From Hyphomicrobiales bacterium (GTDB lineage: Bacteria; Pseudomonadota; Alphaproteobacteria; Rhizobiales; Xanthobacteraceae): 64,000 nt of DNA. A program made the translations under genes and the position numbers. The stretch lies in NCBI GenBank assembly GCA_019243195.1, contig JAFAUQ010000007.1:15-64014 (forward strand). The letters are read 5' to 3'. Below, piece by piece: positions 38,819 through 48,103 of the stretch; the stretch's first letter is position 1; every line of letters starts with the position of its first letter. Under the pieces are notes generated by a model. The model made no database searches. It was given only the letters and a program-made list of their open reading frames with translations, and was not told where the DNA came from.

Positions 38819-39020
38819 ACCTGAGCCGAATCGCGGATAGCACTGTCTCGAATGTGTACCTGCAAACGCTGATCCGCAATGTGGGCAGGAAGAAGTCTAC
38901 CAAGATGCGGGCGCGTTCGGCTGCGCCGGCCGGGCTTGTTGCACGCCGAGCCCGTAGAGGTCTCGGCCCTTCGGGCTTCCATCCCTCAGCCCCGCTCATG
39001 CGTCCGCTGGCATGAGCGTG

Positions 39021-40124
39021 TTACGCCGATTGCTCCGCCAACCGCCTCCGTCGCTGATAAAAGCGCACGGCGAGATGCGCGTTCTCCGCGCCGAGCTGCT
39101 CGTAGCTCACGAGCGCCGCCTCGAGCTCGTGCGCGGACACGCTGTGGCCGCCGGCGCGCAGCAGCAGCACGAACTTGACCGTGGTCCAGGAAAGGCCGGA
39201 TGCCTTGGCGAGAATGAGCAGCATGTCGGGCTGGTCGTCGAGCATGGCGGTCTCGGCCACGTCGATCGGCACGCCGGACATGAGCGCCAGCGCGGTCACG
39301 GTCTCTTCGAACCGGCGGGCCTTGGCATATTCATAGACATTGGCCTCGGTGAGCGCGCCGGCGCGGTGCAGCGCTTCGACCTTTTCGCGCGCGGCGACGT
39401 AGTCGCCCGATTGGCTCACGGCCTCGGCACGGATTTTTCCCACCACTTCGGCGACGACGAAGCCGATCTCCTCGGCCGCGGTGGGATTGGCGGCAGCAAG
39501 CTTGGCGCGGACCGTGTCGGACGCGCAGGCGATCAGCCGCATGAAGTGGTGGCGCGGGAGGTCGGCGCGCAGCCCCAGCCGCTCGGCCAGCACGTCGTCG
39601 CCGGCCGATCGCTTGACCAGCATCTCGAAGCCGGCGTCGGAAAACCGCGCGCCGGCGTTGCGGCTCACCGCGCGCGCCACGCGCGAATCGCCGCGCTCAA
39701 CCAGCACGTCCGTGACGGCTTCGCTGAGGATGCGGCGCTTGGAGATGGCGAGCAGGTGCAGCTGGCTTCGGCTGGCGGCGCTCGTGCGCAAGGTCGCTTC
39801 GTCGAGCCGTTCGGAACGCGCCAGCACCGGGCCGGCGACCTCGATGTCTTCGTCGCCAGCGAGGGCCTTGATGGTGTTGATCGGCGCATTGGCAACGGGG
39901 GCCAGCATGCGCGCAAGCTTGGCCCGGGCCGTGACCTCGATCTGCGCGGCGAGCCGCGTGATCACGTCATCGAACAGCGAAACCTGCTCGTCGGAATACT
40001 GCGTCGCGCCGGTGATAAACAGATCGGTGACATGCCAGAGCGACGCGACGCGCCGCTCGATCGTGCCCGACGCGATCGCACGTTCGAGGTCGCCGATCAG
40101 CGATCCGCGGGCATCCATCGTCAT
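39021..40124 (-). CDS. DUF2336 domain protein
   Basis: LIGDLERAIASGTIERRVASLWHVTDLFITGATQYSDEQVSLFDDVI...: DUF2336-like helical repeat protein; paralog of the upstream gene. Confidence 0.8.
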   Translation of the reverse strand: MTMDARGSLIGDLERAIASGTIERRVASLWHVTDLFITGATQYSDEQVSLFDDVITRLAAQIEVTARAKLARMLAPVANAPINTIKALAGDEDIEVAGPVLARSERLDEATLRTSAASRSQLHLLAISKRRILSEAVTDVLVERGDSRVARAVSRNAGARFSDAGFEMLVKRSAGDDVLAERLGLRADLPRHHFMRLIACASDTVRAKLAAANPTAAEEIGFVVAEVVGKIRAEAVSQSGDYVAAREKVEALHRAGALTEANVYEYAKARRFEETVTALALMSGVPIDVAETAMLDDQPDMLLILAKASGLSWTTVKFVLLLRAGGHSVSAHELEAALVSYEQLGAENAHLAVRFYQRRRRLAEQSA

Positions 40125-41212
40125 CCCGCGGCGGCGTGAGAGACGCCCTGGCGGCTCTGATAAAACCGGACGGCGCGTTGCGCGGTCGAGACCTGGAGCC
40201 GATCGAAGCTCTGCAGCGCGAGTTCGAGATCATGCTGCGAGGCGCCGCGCCCGGCCGTGCGCAGCAGCAAAATGAGTTTCGCGGTCGCCCAGGAATAGCC
40301 CATGGCCTTGGCGAGGATCAGCACCATGTCGGGGCGCTCGTCGAGCAGCGCCTGCTCGACCGCCTCGATCGGCAGGCCGCACAAGAGCGAGAGCGCGACC
40401 GCGGTCTCCTCGAATTTTTCCGACTTGGCAAAGCTGTGGAGTTCGCTCTCGCCGAGCTTGCCGGCCCGATGCAGCGCCTCCACGCGACTGCGCGATGCGC
40501 TGTAGTCGCGCGCCTGGGCGTCATTGAGCTTGCCTTCGATGTGAGCGACCACGTAGCGGATGTGGTCGGCCGCGTGTGGATTGGCGGCGACGAGCTTCTT
40601 CTGGACCGAAGCGGAAGCCTTAGCCAGCAGGTTCACGAAATGCCGCCGCGGAATGTCGGCGCGGATACCGACCCGGTGGGCGAGCGCGTCATCGTTCGCG
40701 GAGCGCTCGACCAGCACGCCGAAGGCGGCATCGGAAAAGCGCGCGCCGCCGTTCTGCGCGACCGAATGCACGACCTCGCGGTCGCCGCGGGTCACCAGAA
40801 CGTCGGTCACCGCTTCGCTCAACGACGCGCGCTGAGAAATGGCGAGGAGGTGCTGTTGGCCCTTGCCGCGCGCCGTTCCGATCAGGTCTTCGTCGTCGAG
40901 GCGGGCGCATTGCGCGAGCACCGGCCCCGCGACCTCGATGAGGTGGTCGGCGGCGAGATTCTTGACCACGTTAAAGGGCGCATTGGCGATCGGCGCCAGC
41001 CGATTGGAAAGCTCCACCCGCGCCTTGGCTTCGATCGAGTCGGCGAGCCGGCCGATCACGTCGTCGAACAGCTCGACCTGCTCGTCGGAATACATGCTGG
41101 CGCCGGTCTCGAACAGATCGCACACCCGGCGCAGCGTATCGAGGCGCCGGTCGGCCGAGCCACAGCTGATCGCGTCTTCGAGTTCGGTGATCAGGGACTG
41201 CTGGGCTATCAT
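40121..41212 (-). CDS. DUF2336 domain protein (tandem paralog)
   Basis: LITELEDAISCGSADRRLDTLRRVCDLFETGASMYSDEQVELFDDVI...; ATGA overlap with the downstream paralog. Confidence 0.8.
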   Translation of the reverse strand: MIAQQSLITELEDAISCGSADRRLDTLRRVCDLFETGASMYSDEQVELFDDVIGRLADSIEAKARVELSNRLAPIANAPFNVVKNLAADHLIEVAGPVLAQCARLDDEDLIGTARGKGQQHLLAISQRASLSEAVTDVLVTRGDREVVHSVAQNGGARFSDAAFGVLVERSANDDALAHRVGIRADIPRRHFVNLLAKASASVQKKLVAANPHAADHIRYVVAHIEGKLNDAQARDYSASRSRVEALHRAGKLGESELHSFAKSEKFEETAVALSLLCGLPIEAVEQALLDERPDMVLILAKAMGYSWATAKLILLLRTAGRGASQHDLELALQSFDRLQVSTAQRAVRFYQSRQGVSHAAAG

Positions 41213-41236
41213 TCCAGTCTCGCGCGCTTATTGCTG

Positions 41237-41312
41237 GGGCATGATCCCCGCTTTCGCGGGGGCAGGTCTTTTCCGAAAACCGGTACCCACTTTTCGGGAT
41301 CATGCTCGGGGG
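41237..41312. repeat. REP-like hairpin, family E (second copy, opposite orientation)
   Basis: gcatgatcccc...ccgaaaaccggtacccacttttcgggatcatgc; shares the gaaaagtgggtaccg core with 26566-26612. Confidence 0.55.
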
Positions 41313-41369
41313 CGTTAAACTCGGCCGCACTGTGAGCGAAACTCGTAACCAAATACGTAATTCCGCCCT

Positions 41370-41455
41370 GTCATTGCGAGGAGCCGAAGGCGACGAAGCA
41401 ATCCAGTGAAGCGTGCACCAGCCCCTGGATTGCTTCGCTCCGCTCGCAATGACGA
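41370..41455. repeat. large palindromic REP ('gtcattgcgaggagccgaaggcgacgaagcaatcc...')
   Basis: Arms tcattgcgaggagccgaaggcgacgaagcaatccag / ctggattgcttcgctccgctcgcaatga are near-perfect reverse complements. Confidence 0.65.
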
Positions 41456-41507
41456 CGGAGCGCAGCCGCTCACGAAATGTTAACTACGCCGCAACTGCAC
41501 GACCGCG

Positions 41508-42299
41508 TCACTCGCCGCTGACGAAAAAGTGCCAGGTGCCATCGGGCGCAATCCCCACGCGATAGAAAATGTACGCGCCGAAGTCCTGCATGGCGCGGTA
41601 ATCGGAGCCGGTGACGACCTTGAACAGCTCGACCTTCTGCGCCGCCGTGAGGTCCTTGAGCGGCAGGTAGGCGAAGTAGGGCCACACGTACATGTCCTGC
41701 GGCGTTCCCGCGTCGACGTGCACGAAGCCCATGTCGAGAATCTCGAGCAGGATCGACAGCACCTCGAGCCCGCCGGACTCCGGATAATTGGTTCGCCAAT
41801 AGGCAACGGGGTCGCGCTCGTTCGCGAACGAGAAGATCGGCATCGTCTCGTTTGTCTGCATCACGGTGACGAGCTTATCGAGGTCGCCGGTACGGGCCGC
41901 CTCGATGATGCGCGCGCGCATGCGCGCGACCGGCGCCGGCAGGAGCTTGAGATCGGTGATGACGTCGGAGATCTTCTGCCCGGGCCGCGCGCCGGCGCGG
42001 CCGTACGGCTTCCCGGCGGAAGTGATCGGCGGCAAGCGAACCGGCGGCAACGGTTTCGGCGCCGCGATTGGAGGAGGGGCCGGAGGCGGCGTAATGCCGG
42101 GCGGTCCGATCTGCAGCGGCGTGGCCGGGGTGGCGGGGGTCAGTCCCGGAACAGCGGGTGAGGAAGGTGACGGAGCGGCGGGGACTGGGACATCGGCCGG
42201 CGGGATGATGGTCTCGGTGCGCACGCGGTTCTGGGCGCCGGGCTCGCTCGCAACGAGCAGCGTCAGCACGACCGCCAACAGGATGCGGCGCGAATCCAT
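41508..42299 (-). CDS. secreted proline-rich hypothetical protein
   Basis: Signal peptide MDSRRILLAVVLTLLVAS, a Pro-rich region of about 90 aa, then a conserved-looking C-terminal domain. Confidence 0.7.
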   Translation of the reverse strand: MDSRRILLAVVLTLLVASEPGAQNRVRTETIIPPADVPVPAAPSPSSPAVPGLTPATPATPLQIGPPGITPPPAPPPIAAPKPLPPVRLPPITSAGKPYGRAGARPGQKISDVITDLKLLPAPVARMRARIIEAARTGDLDKLVTVMQTNETMPIFSFANERDPVAYWRTNYPESGGLEVLSILLEILDMGFVHVDAGTPQDMYVWPYFAYLPLKDLTAAQKVELFKVVTGSDYRAMQDFGAYIFYRVGIAPDGTWHFFVSGE

Positions 42300-42358
42300 C
42301 TAGCCGCATTCAAGCCCGCTCGAAGGCGAAGCCGCAAGGCTTCTTGTCGGCAAAAACC

Positions 42359-42625
42359 CTACTGGCGGGCCAGCTCGATCGAGAACTCGCCGTTGCGGAT
42401 GCGTGCGCTTAAGCCTTCCGCGAAGGTGGCGGCGGCGTCTTCGCCGTAGGTCGAAACCAGCTCGGCGATCGCCGTGAACAGGCACGCCTGGGCGAGACAA
42501 TCGTCCTCGACGCCGTCGAGACGCGCTTCCGCCCATGCTTCGCGCAGGTACGCGAGCGCGACCTGTTTCTGTTCGTGCTCCGGCACCGGCTTCTCGACCG
42601 GAATCGGAGGCATCAGGCTGTTCAT
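42359..42625 (-). CDS. hypothetical small protein
   Basis: 88-aa ORF from MNSLMPPIPV with a good GC3 frame; no domain recognised. Confidence 0.5.
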   Translation of the reverse strand: MNSLMPPIPVEKPVPEHEQKQVALAYLREAWAEARLDGVEDDCLAQACLFTAIAELVSTYGEDAAATFAEGLSARIRNGEFSIELARQ

Positions 42626-42747
42626 TGTGAGTTCACCCCGCGGGCGCGGCCGCGCCCCTCCCGGAAGTCGCGACGTTAGCACGGCGCGCGGCGCCTCCTA
42701 GGGGACACCTTTAGGAAAGGTTAATGCCGCATACGAAACCGACGAGA

Positions 42748-43170
42748 TCAGTTGGCGTAGCGCGCGGTGATGTCGCGGGCGATCTTCGCGCCCTCGTCGA
42801 GATAGCGGCGGATCGCGATGTTGGCGGCGGGCGTGCAGGTCCGATAGGTCTGCTGGAATCCGCGGTAACCGCGGTTGAAGCTGCCGATCAGGCGCTCGCG
42901 CCGGTCGCCGCCGGGTGCGTCGGCGTCGATCAGCGCTTGCATCTCGTTGCGCCAGGTCTGGCCTTCGTTGGCGCCGCAAATCGCGCGCAAATAATGCAGC
43001 GCGCCGAGGATCTCGGCGAGCCGCTGCATGTCGGCCTCGTAAGGCGCGCGCGCGCCTTGCGCCGCGCATTGGGACGCTGTGCTAAAGGCGATCGCGATAG
43101 CGACGAAAACCGCAATATGTGGCGCCGGCCGCATCGGCTGCGTTATGCGACACGCACCTCGCGCCCGCAA
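42748..43170 (-). CDS. TIGR02301/DUF2385-like secreted protein
   Basis: Signal peptide; LAEILGALHYLRAICG...WRNEMQALI...RRERLIGSFNRGYRGF..TYRTCTPAA pattern (family recalled from memory). Confidence 0.65.
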   Translation of the reverse strand: MRARGACRITQPMRPAPHIAVFVAIAIAFSTASQCAAQGARAPYEADMQRLAEILGALHYLRAICGANEGQTWRNEMQALIDADAPGGDRRERLIGSFNRGYRGFQQTYRTCTPAANIAIRRYLDEGAKIARDITARYAN

Positions 43171-43179
43171 GGACGCGCG

Positions 43180-43623
43180 TCAACTCGCCAGGTGGACCAT
43201 GGCCGCCGCGATGATTTCCGGGAGCCCGCTGGTGGTCTTGAGATTGGCGATTTCATCGGGCGCGACCCAGATCGCTTCCGCGACCTCATCGCTCGGTGTG
43301 GGCTCGCCGGCGCGCCAGCGGCAAGCGAAGGGAAGAATGACGAAGTGCCGTTCGACCCGGCCGTCGGCGTCGCGCACGATGACCTCGCGATGTCCGGCGA
43401 GCTCGACCGGTTCGACCGTGAGCCCGGTTTCTTCGAACACCTCGCGCGTCACCGCTTCGGCGAGCGTCTCGCCGGCTTCGACGACGCCGCCCGGCAGGCT
43501 GAACAGGTCGCGTCCGGGCGCGCGGGCGCGCCGCACCAACAGGATTCGGCCATCGCGATGGATCACCGCGCTCGCCGCCAGGAACGGGCGCGTCGGATAG
43601 GCGCGTGGGTCATCCGCGGTCAT
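43180..43623 (-). CDS. NUDIX hydrolase
   Basis: Nudix box GGVVEAGETLAEAVTREVFEETGL. Confidence 0.85.
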   Translation of the reverse strand: MTADDPRAYPTRPFLAASAVIHRDGRILLVRRARAPGRDLFSLPGGVVEAGETLAEAVTREVFEETGLTVEPVELAGHREVIVRDADGRVERHFVILPFACRWRAGEPTPSDEVAEAIWVAPDEIANLKTTSGLPEIIAAAMVHLAS

Positions 43624-43650
43624 CGCATTGATCCTGGGCAGCGCGCGGGC

Positions 43651-44160
43651 TCAGCGCGTGAACAGCGCATCTACCGCGGCCTGATCGGCTTGTGCCTCGG
43701 TCGCCTCGGCGGCCGCGGTTTCGGCGCCGTGGATCACCGCCCCCGCGCGGGCAACGAGCAGCCGCAGCCGCATGAGCGCGTCGTCAGCGAGGGCGCCCAG
43801 CGCCTGCGGCTCGGCGCGCAGGGCCGCGGCGGTGGCGAGCAGGATGCCATTCATGCCGTCGGCGAGTTCGTCAAGCCGCCGGCGCAGCGCCGGATCGGCC
43901 TGGCCATAGACGGCGATCGCCAGGTCGCGCTCGCGAAAGCGAGAGGCGGCGAAATGCTCGCAATAGCTCAGCGGCCGCCAAGCGCAGAAATCGTCGATGC
44001 ATTCGGGCGCCTGCGCCGCCAACTCGAGCATCATGATCGCTTCGTTGAAATGATTGAGGTAGTCGGTGGCAAGCCCGGTGACCGGATTGATGTTGGCTTC
44101 GATCAGGCGCGCCCGATCGACACCGAGGCCCAAGGCCGGCTTTATCGCGGGAACGGTCAT
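43651..44160 (-). CDS. hypothetical protein
   Basis: 169-aa ORF from MTVPAIKPAL; helical; no domain recognised. Confidence 0.55.
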   Translation of the reverse strand: MTVPAIKPALGLGVDRARLIEANINPVTGLATDYLNHFNEAIMMLELAAQAPECIDDFCAWRPLSYCEHFAASRFRERDLAIAVYGQADPALRRRLDELADGMNGILLATAAALRAEPQALGALADDALMRLRLLVARAGAVIHGAETAAAEATEAQADQAAVDALFTR

Positions 44161-44251
44161 GGGCGGGTTGGGTACATCGGCTCCAATTGAGGCAGTTTTC
44201 CCGCGCGTGGTTAAATTGCGATTAACCCTGACGTAGCGGCAGGTAAAACGC

Positions 44252-44998
44252 ATGTGCGGACGATACGCCATCACCTCGGCGCCGGAAGCGATCCGGCGGC
44301 TGTTCGGCTACGACGAGCAGCCGAATTTTCCGCCGCGCTACAACGTGGCGCCGACCCAGCCGGTGCCGATCGTGCGCATATTCGAAGGCAGGCGCCAGTT
44401 CGCGTTGGTGCGCTGGGGCCTGATCCCCGCATGGGTGAAGGATCCGCGCGGCTTCTCACTCCTGATCAACGCGCGTGGCGAGTCGCTCGGCGACAAGCCG
44501 GCGTTCCGCGCCGCGCTTCGCTACCGCCGGTGTTTGTTTCCGGCCGACGGGTTCTACGAATGGCGGCGCGAGGGCGAGCGCGCGCGGCCGTATTTCGTCC
44601 GCCCCAAGACGGGCGGTCCGATGGCCTTTGCCGGGCTGTGGGAAAACTGGATGGGACCGAATGGCGAGGAGATGGAGACAGCGGCCATCGTGACCACGCG
44701 GGCCAACCGGATGCTCGCGGCGATCCACCCGCGCATGCCGGTGATCGTGCCGCCCGAGGGCTTCAACCTGTGGCTCGACAGCGGCAGGGTCGATGCGGCG
44801 ACGGCCGCCGTGATGATCGCGCCGGCGCCCGAAGACATGCTCGAGGAGCACGAAGTTTCGGCGGCCGTGAACAGCGCCGCCAACGACACGCCGGATTTGA
44901 TCGCGCCTGTGACGAGCGATGGTCTCGGTGCTCACGCGGATGCTCCCGCGCCGAAGCGCAACGCCAAACAAGATACCCGCCAAGGTTCGCTGTTCTAG
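44252..44998 (+). CDS. SOS response-associated peptidase (SRAP/YedK family)
   Basis: N-terminal MCGRYA with catalytic Cys2; WGLIPAWVKD; FYEW motifs. Confidence 0.9.
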   Translation: MCGRYAITSAPEAIRRLFGYDEQPNFPPRYNVAPTQPVPIVRIFEGRRQFALVRWGLIPAWVKDPRGFSLLINARGESLGDKPAFRAALRYRRCLFPADGFYEWRREGERARPYFVRPKTGGPMAFAGLWENWMGPNGEEMETAAIVTTRANRMLAAIHPRMPVIVPPEGFNLWLDSGRVDAATAAVMIAPAPEDMLEEHEVSAAVNSAANDTPDLIAPVTSDGLGAHADAPAPKRNAKQDTRQGSLF

Positions 44999-45087
44999 GC
45001 ACTGGGCGCGCCGGGTCCTGTGTTAGTCTGCCGTCGTCGCGGGAAATATCCTCCCAACAAAATCTCCCGCGCGAACGGAGATGTGCG

Positions 45088-45597
45088 ATGAAAAATCCCT
45101 ATTTGTTCGATCTCGCGAAATCGAAGCCCCTGGTGAAGAAGCCGGGCGGGACGGTGCGAGGCGCCTATGAGAAGGTGTTCCCGGTCGTGAAGCACCAGAA
45201 GGGCGCGATGTTTCTCGTCGTGCTCAAGCCGGGTGGGATTCGCGAGCCGCACTGGCATCCGAACGCGTGGGAGTTCGATTATTGCATCAGCGGCCGCGCG
45301 CGCATGTCCGTCGTCGCGCCGGAGAACGAGTGGAAGGAATTCGACGTGGAACCGGGGCAGGCCGTGTTCGTGCCCATGGGTTTCTTTCATTATTTCGAGA
45401 ATATCGGCAAGGAAGACCTGCATTTCCTGGTAGTGTTCAACAACAGCGCCGCGGAAAGCGGCGACGACATCGGCCTTTCCGTCTCGCGCGGCGGCATACC
45501 CGATCACGTCCTGGCGGCCACCTTCGGCGTGCACGCGCGCGACTTCCACAAGATACCCAAGCTGCACAAGGAGGTCGTCATCGCCTCGCGGCGCTAG
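45088..45597 (+). CDS. cupin-domain protein (oxalate decarboxylase/germin-like monocupin)
   Basis: GGAG 7 nt upstream; GGIREPHWHPNAWEFDYCISGRARM...GFFHYFEN cupin motifs 1 and 2. Confidence 0.8.
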   Translation: MKNPYLFDLAKSKPLVKKPGGTVRGAYEKVFPVVKHQKGAMFLVVLKPGGIREPHWHPNAWEFDYCISGRARMSVVAPENEWKEFDVEPGQAVFVPMGFFHYFENIGKEDLHFLVVFNNSAAESGDDIGLSVSRGGIPDHVLAATFGVHARDFHKIPKLHKEVVIASRR

Positions 45598-45630
45598 TCG
45601 ACCATGTGACGAGAGCGTTTGTTGTAATGC

Positions 45631-45666
45631 CTGAATTCGGGTCACTGTTTGTTGACCCGAATTCGG
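45631..45666 (+). terminator. stem-loop downstream of the cupin gene (no U-tract)
   Basis: ctgaattcgggtca-ctgtttgt-tgacccgaattcgg: 14-bp stem beginning 34 nt after the stop codon. Confidence 0.3.
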
Positions 45667-45737
45667 CGGATAGTTCTCGACGGACGCACGGGCGTCTGCT
45701 TATATTTGTCCACTAAAGGAACTACGCCCCTTCACTG

Positions 45738-45772
45738 ATTACTATTGGTTGCTTGCAGATCGTTGCTGAATC
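45738..45772 (+). repeat. 35-bp direct repeat, copy 1
   Basis: attactattggttgcttgcagatcgttgctgaatc; 33/35 identical to 45885-45919. Confidence 0.7.
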
Positions 45773-45787
45773 CCGGTTGCGAGCCAT

Positions 45788-45852
45788 CCGTAGCCCGGAT
45801 GAGCGCAGCGAAATCCGGGACAGCGTCGCCATCGAGTCGCTCATGCGGCCAC
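45788..45852. repeat. REP-like element, family A (third copy)
   Basis: ccgtagcccggatgagcgcagcgaaatccggga...gctcatgcggccac. Confidence 0.55.
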
Positions 45853-45884
45853 CACTGAGTAGGGGAAGTGCGGACTGGGCCGTT

Positions 45885-45919
45885 ATTACTATCGGTTGCT
45901 TGCAGATCGTTGCAGAATC
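45885..45919 (+). repeat. 35-bp direct repeat, copy 2
   Basis: attactatcggttgcttgcagatcgttgcagaatc. Confidence 0.7.
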
Positions 45920-46208
45920 GGCGGTGCGCGACGGACAGGCGGCTCGAGAGCAAGACGAAAGAGAAGAACCGATTTTTCTGCACCGCACCACGGCATTGTA
46001 AAGAACAATGAAAATACAATAGCGGCGACCCTTGCGGAGCGACGGTTAACTAGGCGGATGGGGCGCTAAGTCCCTGAGCTCCTGGAGGAAAAATAGATGC
46101 GCCGAATGGATGCACTGCAGCAGGAACAATGAACGAACAACAATGGAAACAACGCGATCAACAATCCGGAACAAAGGTGGCGGGAACTTTTGTTTGGTTA
46201 ATCGCGGG

Positions 46209-46658
46209 TCACGGCGTGAGCGGACGCCCGTCGAGCCATTTGGCAAAGAGAGTGCGCTTCTGTTCGCCGTAACCGAGCGCCTCGTAGAACGCGCGCACGC
46301 GGTCGTTATCGGCCCGCACCATCAGCTGCGCCTTGGCGATGCCGCGCGCTGTGAGCCACGCTTCGGCAGCCTGCGTCATCACGCGTCCGAAGCCCTTGCC
46401 TTGCAAAGCGGGATCAACGGCGAGGTAGTAGAACCAGCCGCGATGGCCGTCGTGGCCGACCATCACGGTCGCGACAATCGCGCCATCGAGCCGGCCGACG
46501 AGCACGGCGGAGTTCGGGCCGCGCCGGGCAAACGCAATATCGCCGGAGGGATCGTTCCACGGACGGGTGAGGCCGCAGCGTTGCCACAAGTCGGCGACCG
46601 ATGCGACGTCGGCGTCCGCGATCGGTGCGATGGCGAGGTCTTGCGTCGGCGCAGTCAT
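46209..46658 (-). CDS. GNAT family N-acetyltransferase
   Basis: YLAVDPALQGKGFGRVMTQAAEAW (acetyl-CoA binding motif A). Confidence 0.85.
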   Translation of the reverse strand: MTAPTQDLAIAPIADADVASVADLWQRCGLTRPWNDPSGDIAFARRGPNSAVLVGRLDGAIVATVMVGHDGHRGWFYYLAVDPALQGKGFGRVMTQAAEAWLTARGIAKAQLMVRADNDRVRAFYEALGYGEQKRTLFAKWLDGRPLTP

Positions 46659-48103
46659 AATACTTTTCCCGGGTTGAGAATGCCGTTGGGGTCGAGCGTG
46701 CGCTTGACCGCGCGCATCAGCTCGAGCGCGACCGTGTCCTTCACCTCCGGCAGCAGGTCGCGCTTGAGCTGGCCGATGCCGTGCTCGGCGGAGATCGAGC
46801 CGTGAAGCTGCGTTACGATGCGGTTCACCGCCGCGCCCATGTCGTCCCAGCGCGCGAGGTAAGGGGCTGTGTCGGCGCCGATCGGCTGGCTGACATTGAA
46901 GTGAACATTGCCGTCGCCGAGATGGCCGAAAGCAGCCGGCCGGCAGCCAGGGATCAGCGTTTCGACCGCGGCGCTCGCCTGCGCAATGAAATCCGGCACC
47001 GCCGCAACCGGCACCGACACGTCGTGTTTGATCGAGCCGCCCTCGAATCGCTGGACGTCCGAGAGCATGTCGCGCACGTGCCAGAAAGCTTTTCTCTGGT
47101 CGAGACTAGCCGCGATGGTCGCGTCGGCCACGCGGCCCTGCTCGACGGCGGCGGTGAGCAAATCTTCAAGCGCGCCGCGCAAGCCCGCCGCCTGCGAGGA
47201 AAGTTCGATCAGCACGTACCACGGATGCGGCGCGCCGAGCGGGTCACGGCAGCCGGGGCCATGGCGCAAGGCAAACGCGACCGAGGTGCGCGACATCAGC
47301 TCGAAGCTCGTTACCGTGCCGCCCGCGCGTTCGCCTGCGAGACTGAAGAGCGCCAGTGCATCGGCCGGAGACGCAAGCCCGACGAAGGCGGTCTCGACCG
47401 CGCGCGGACGCGGATAGAGCTTGAGCACGGCGGCGGTGATCACGCCCAGCGTTCCCTCGGCGCCAATGAACAAATTCTTCAGGTCGTAGCCGGTGTTGTC
47501 TTTCTTCAATTTGCTCAGGCCGTTCCACACGCGCCCGTCGGCGAGCACGACCTCGAGACCGAGCACAAGGTCGCGCGCGTTGCCGTAAGCAAGGACGGCG
47601 GTTCCCCCGGCATTGGTCGCGAGATTTCCGCCGATGGTGCAGCTGCCTTCCGCCGCGAGCGACAAGGGAAACAGGCGCTCGGCCGCGGCGGCGGCCTCCT
47701 GTGCCTTGGCGAGAATGACACCGGCATCGCAGGTCATCGTGTTGGAGGTCGCATCCACCTCGCGGATGCGGTCGAGGCGGTTGAGCGAGAGCACGAGGTC
47801 GCCCGCGTGCGGGATTTGTCCGGCGACGAGGCCGGTGTTGCCGCCCTGCGGGACGACGGGCGTGCGTGTCTCGTTCGCGAGTTTGAGGATCGCCGCGACT
47901 TCGGTGACGGTGCCGGGGCGCAATACCGCGGGCGTCTGTCCGTGATAGAGCCCACGTGGCTCGATGAGATAAGGCTCCTGTTCCGCCGGGTCCGTGATCA
48001 GATATTTGTTGCCGACGATGGCCGCGAAGCGATCGAGCAGGGACGCGTCGACTTCGCGTCCCTGTTTGTTTGTGACGGACGGCGAGGACATTGTTCTAAT
48101 CAC
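46655..48103 (-). CDS. FAD-linked oxidase (GlcD / D-2-hydroxyacid dehydrogenase family)
   Basis: PVVPQGGNTGLVAGQ..., C-terminal GSISAEHGIGQLKR...DPNGILNPGKV. Confidence 0.9.
   Translation of the reverse strand: MIRTMSSPSVTNKQGREVDASLLDRFAAIVGNKYLITDPAEQEPYLIEPRGLYHGQTPAVLRPGTVTEVAAILKLANETRTPVVPQGGNTGLVAGQIPHAGDLVLSLNRLDRIREVDATSNTMTCDAGVILAKAQEAAAAAERLFPLSLAAEGSCTIGGNLATNAGGTAVLAYGNARDLVLGLEVVLADGRVWNGLSKLKKDNTGYDLKNLFIGAEGTLGVITAAVLKLYPRPRAVETAFVGLASPADALALFSLAGERAGGTVTSFELMSRTSVAFALRHGPGCRDPLGAPHPWYVLIELSSQAAGLRGALEDLLTAAVEQGRVADATIAASLDQRKAFWHVRDMLSDVQRFEGGSIKHDVSVPVAAVPDFIAQASAAVETLIPGCRPAAFGHLGDGNVHFNVSQPIGADTAPYLARWDDMGAAVNRIVTQLHGSISAEHGIGQLKRDLLPEVKDTVALELMRAVKRTLDPNGILNPGKVL

Noticed and set aside
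44254-45087. N-terminal 278 codons of the 447-aa ORF that ends as the cupin protein
   Set aside because: This is an alternative frame over the SRAP gene with an Arg/Ala-rich shadow translation. The cupin gene has its own ATG with a GGAG SD at 45088.
45722-46019. 82-95-aa ORFs in the 45.6-46.2 kb gap
   Set aside because: They run through the 35-bp direct repeats and a REP copy, have no SD, and their composition is repeat-driven.
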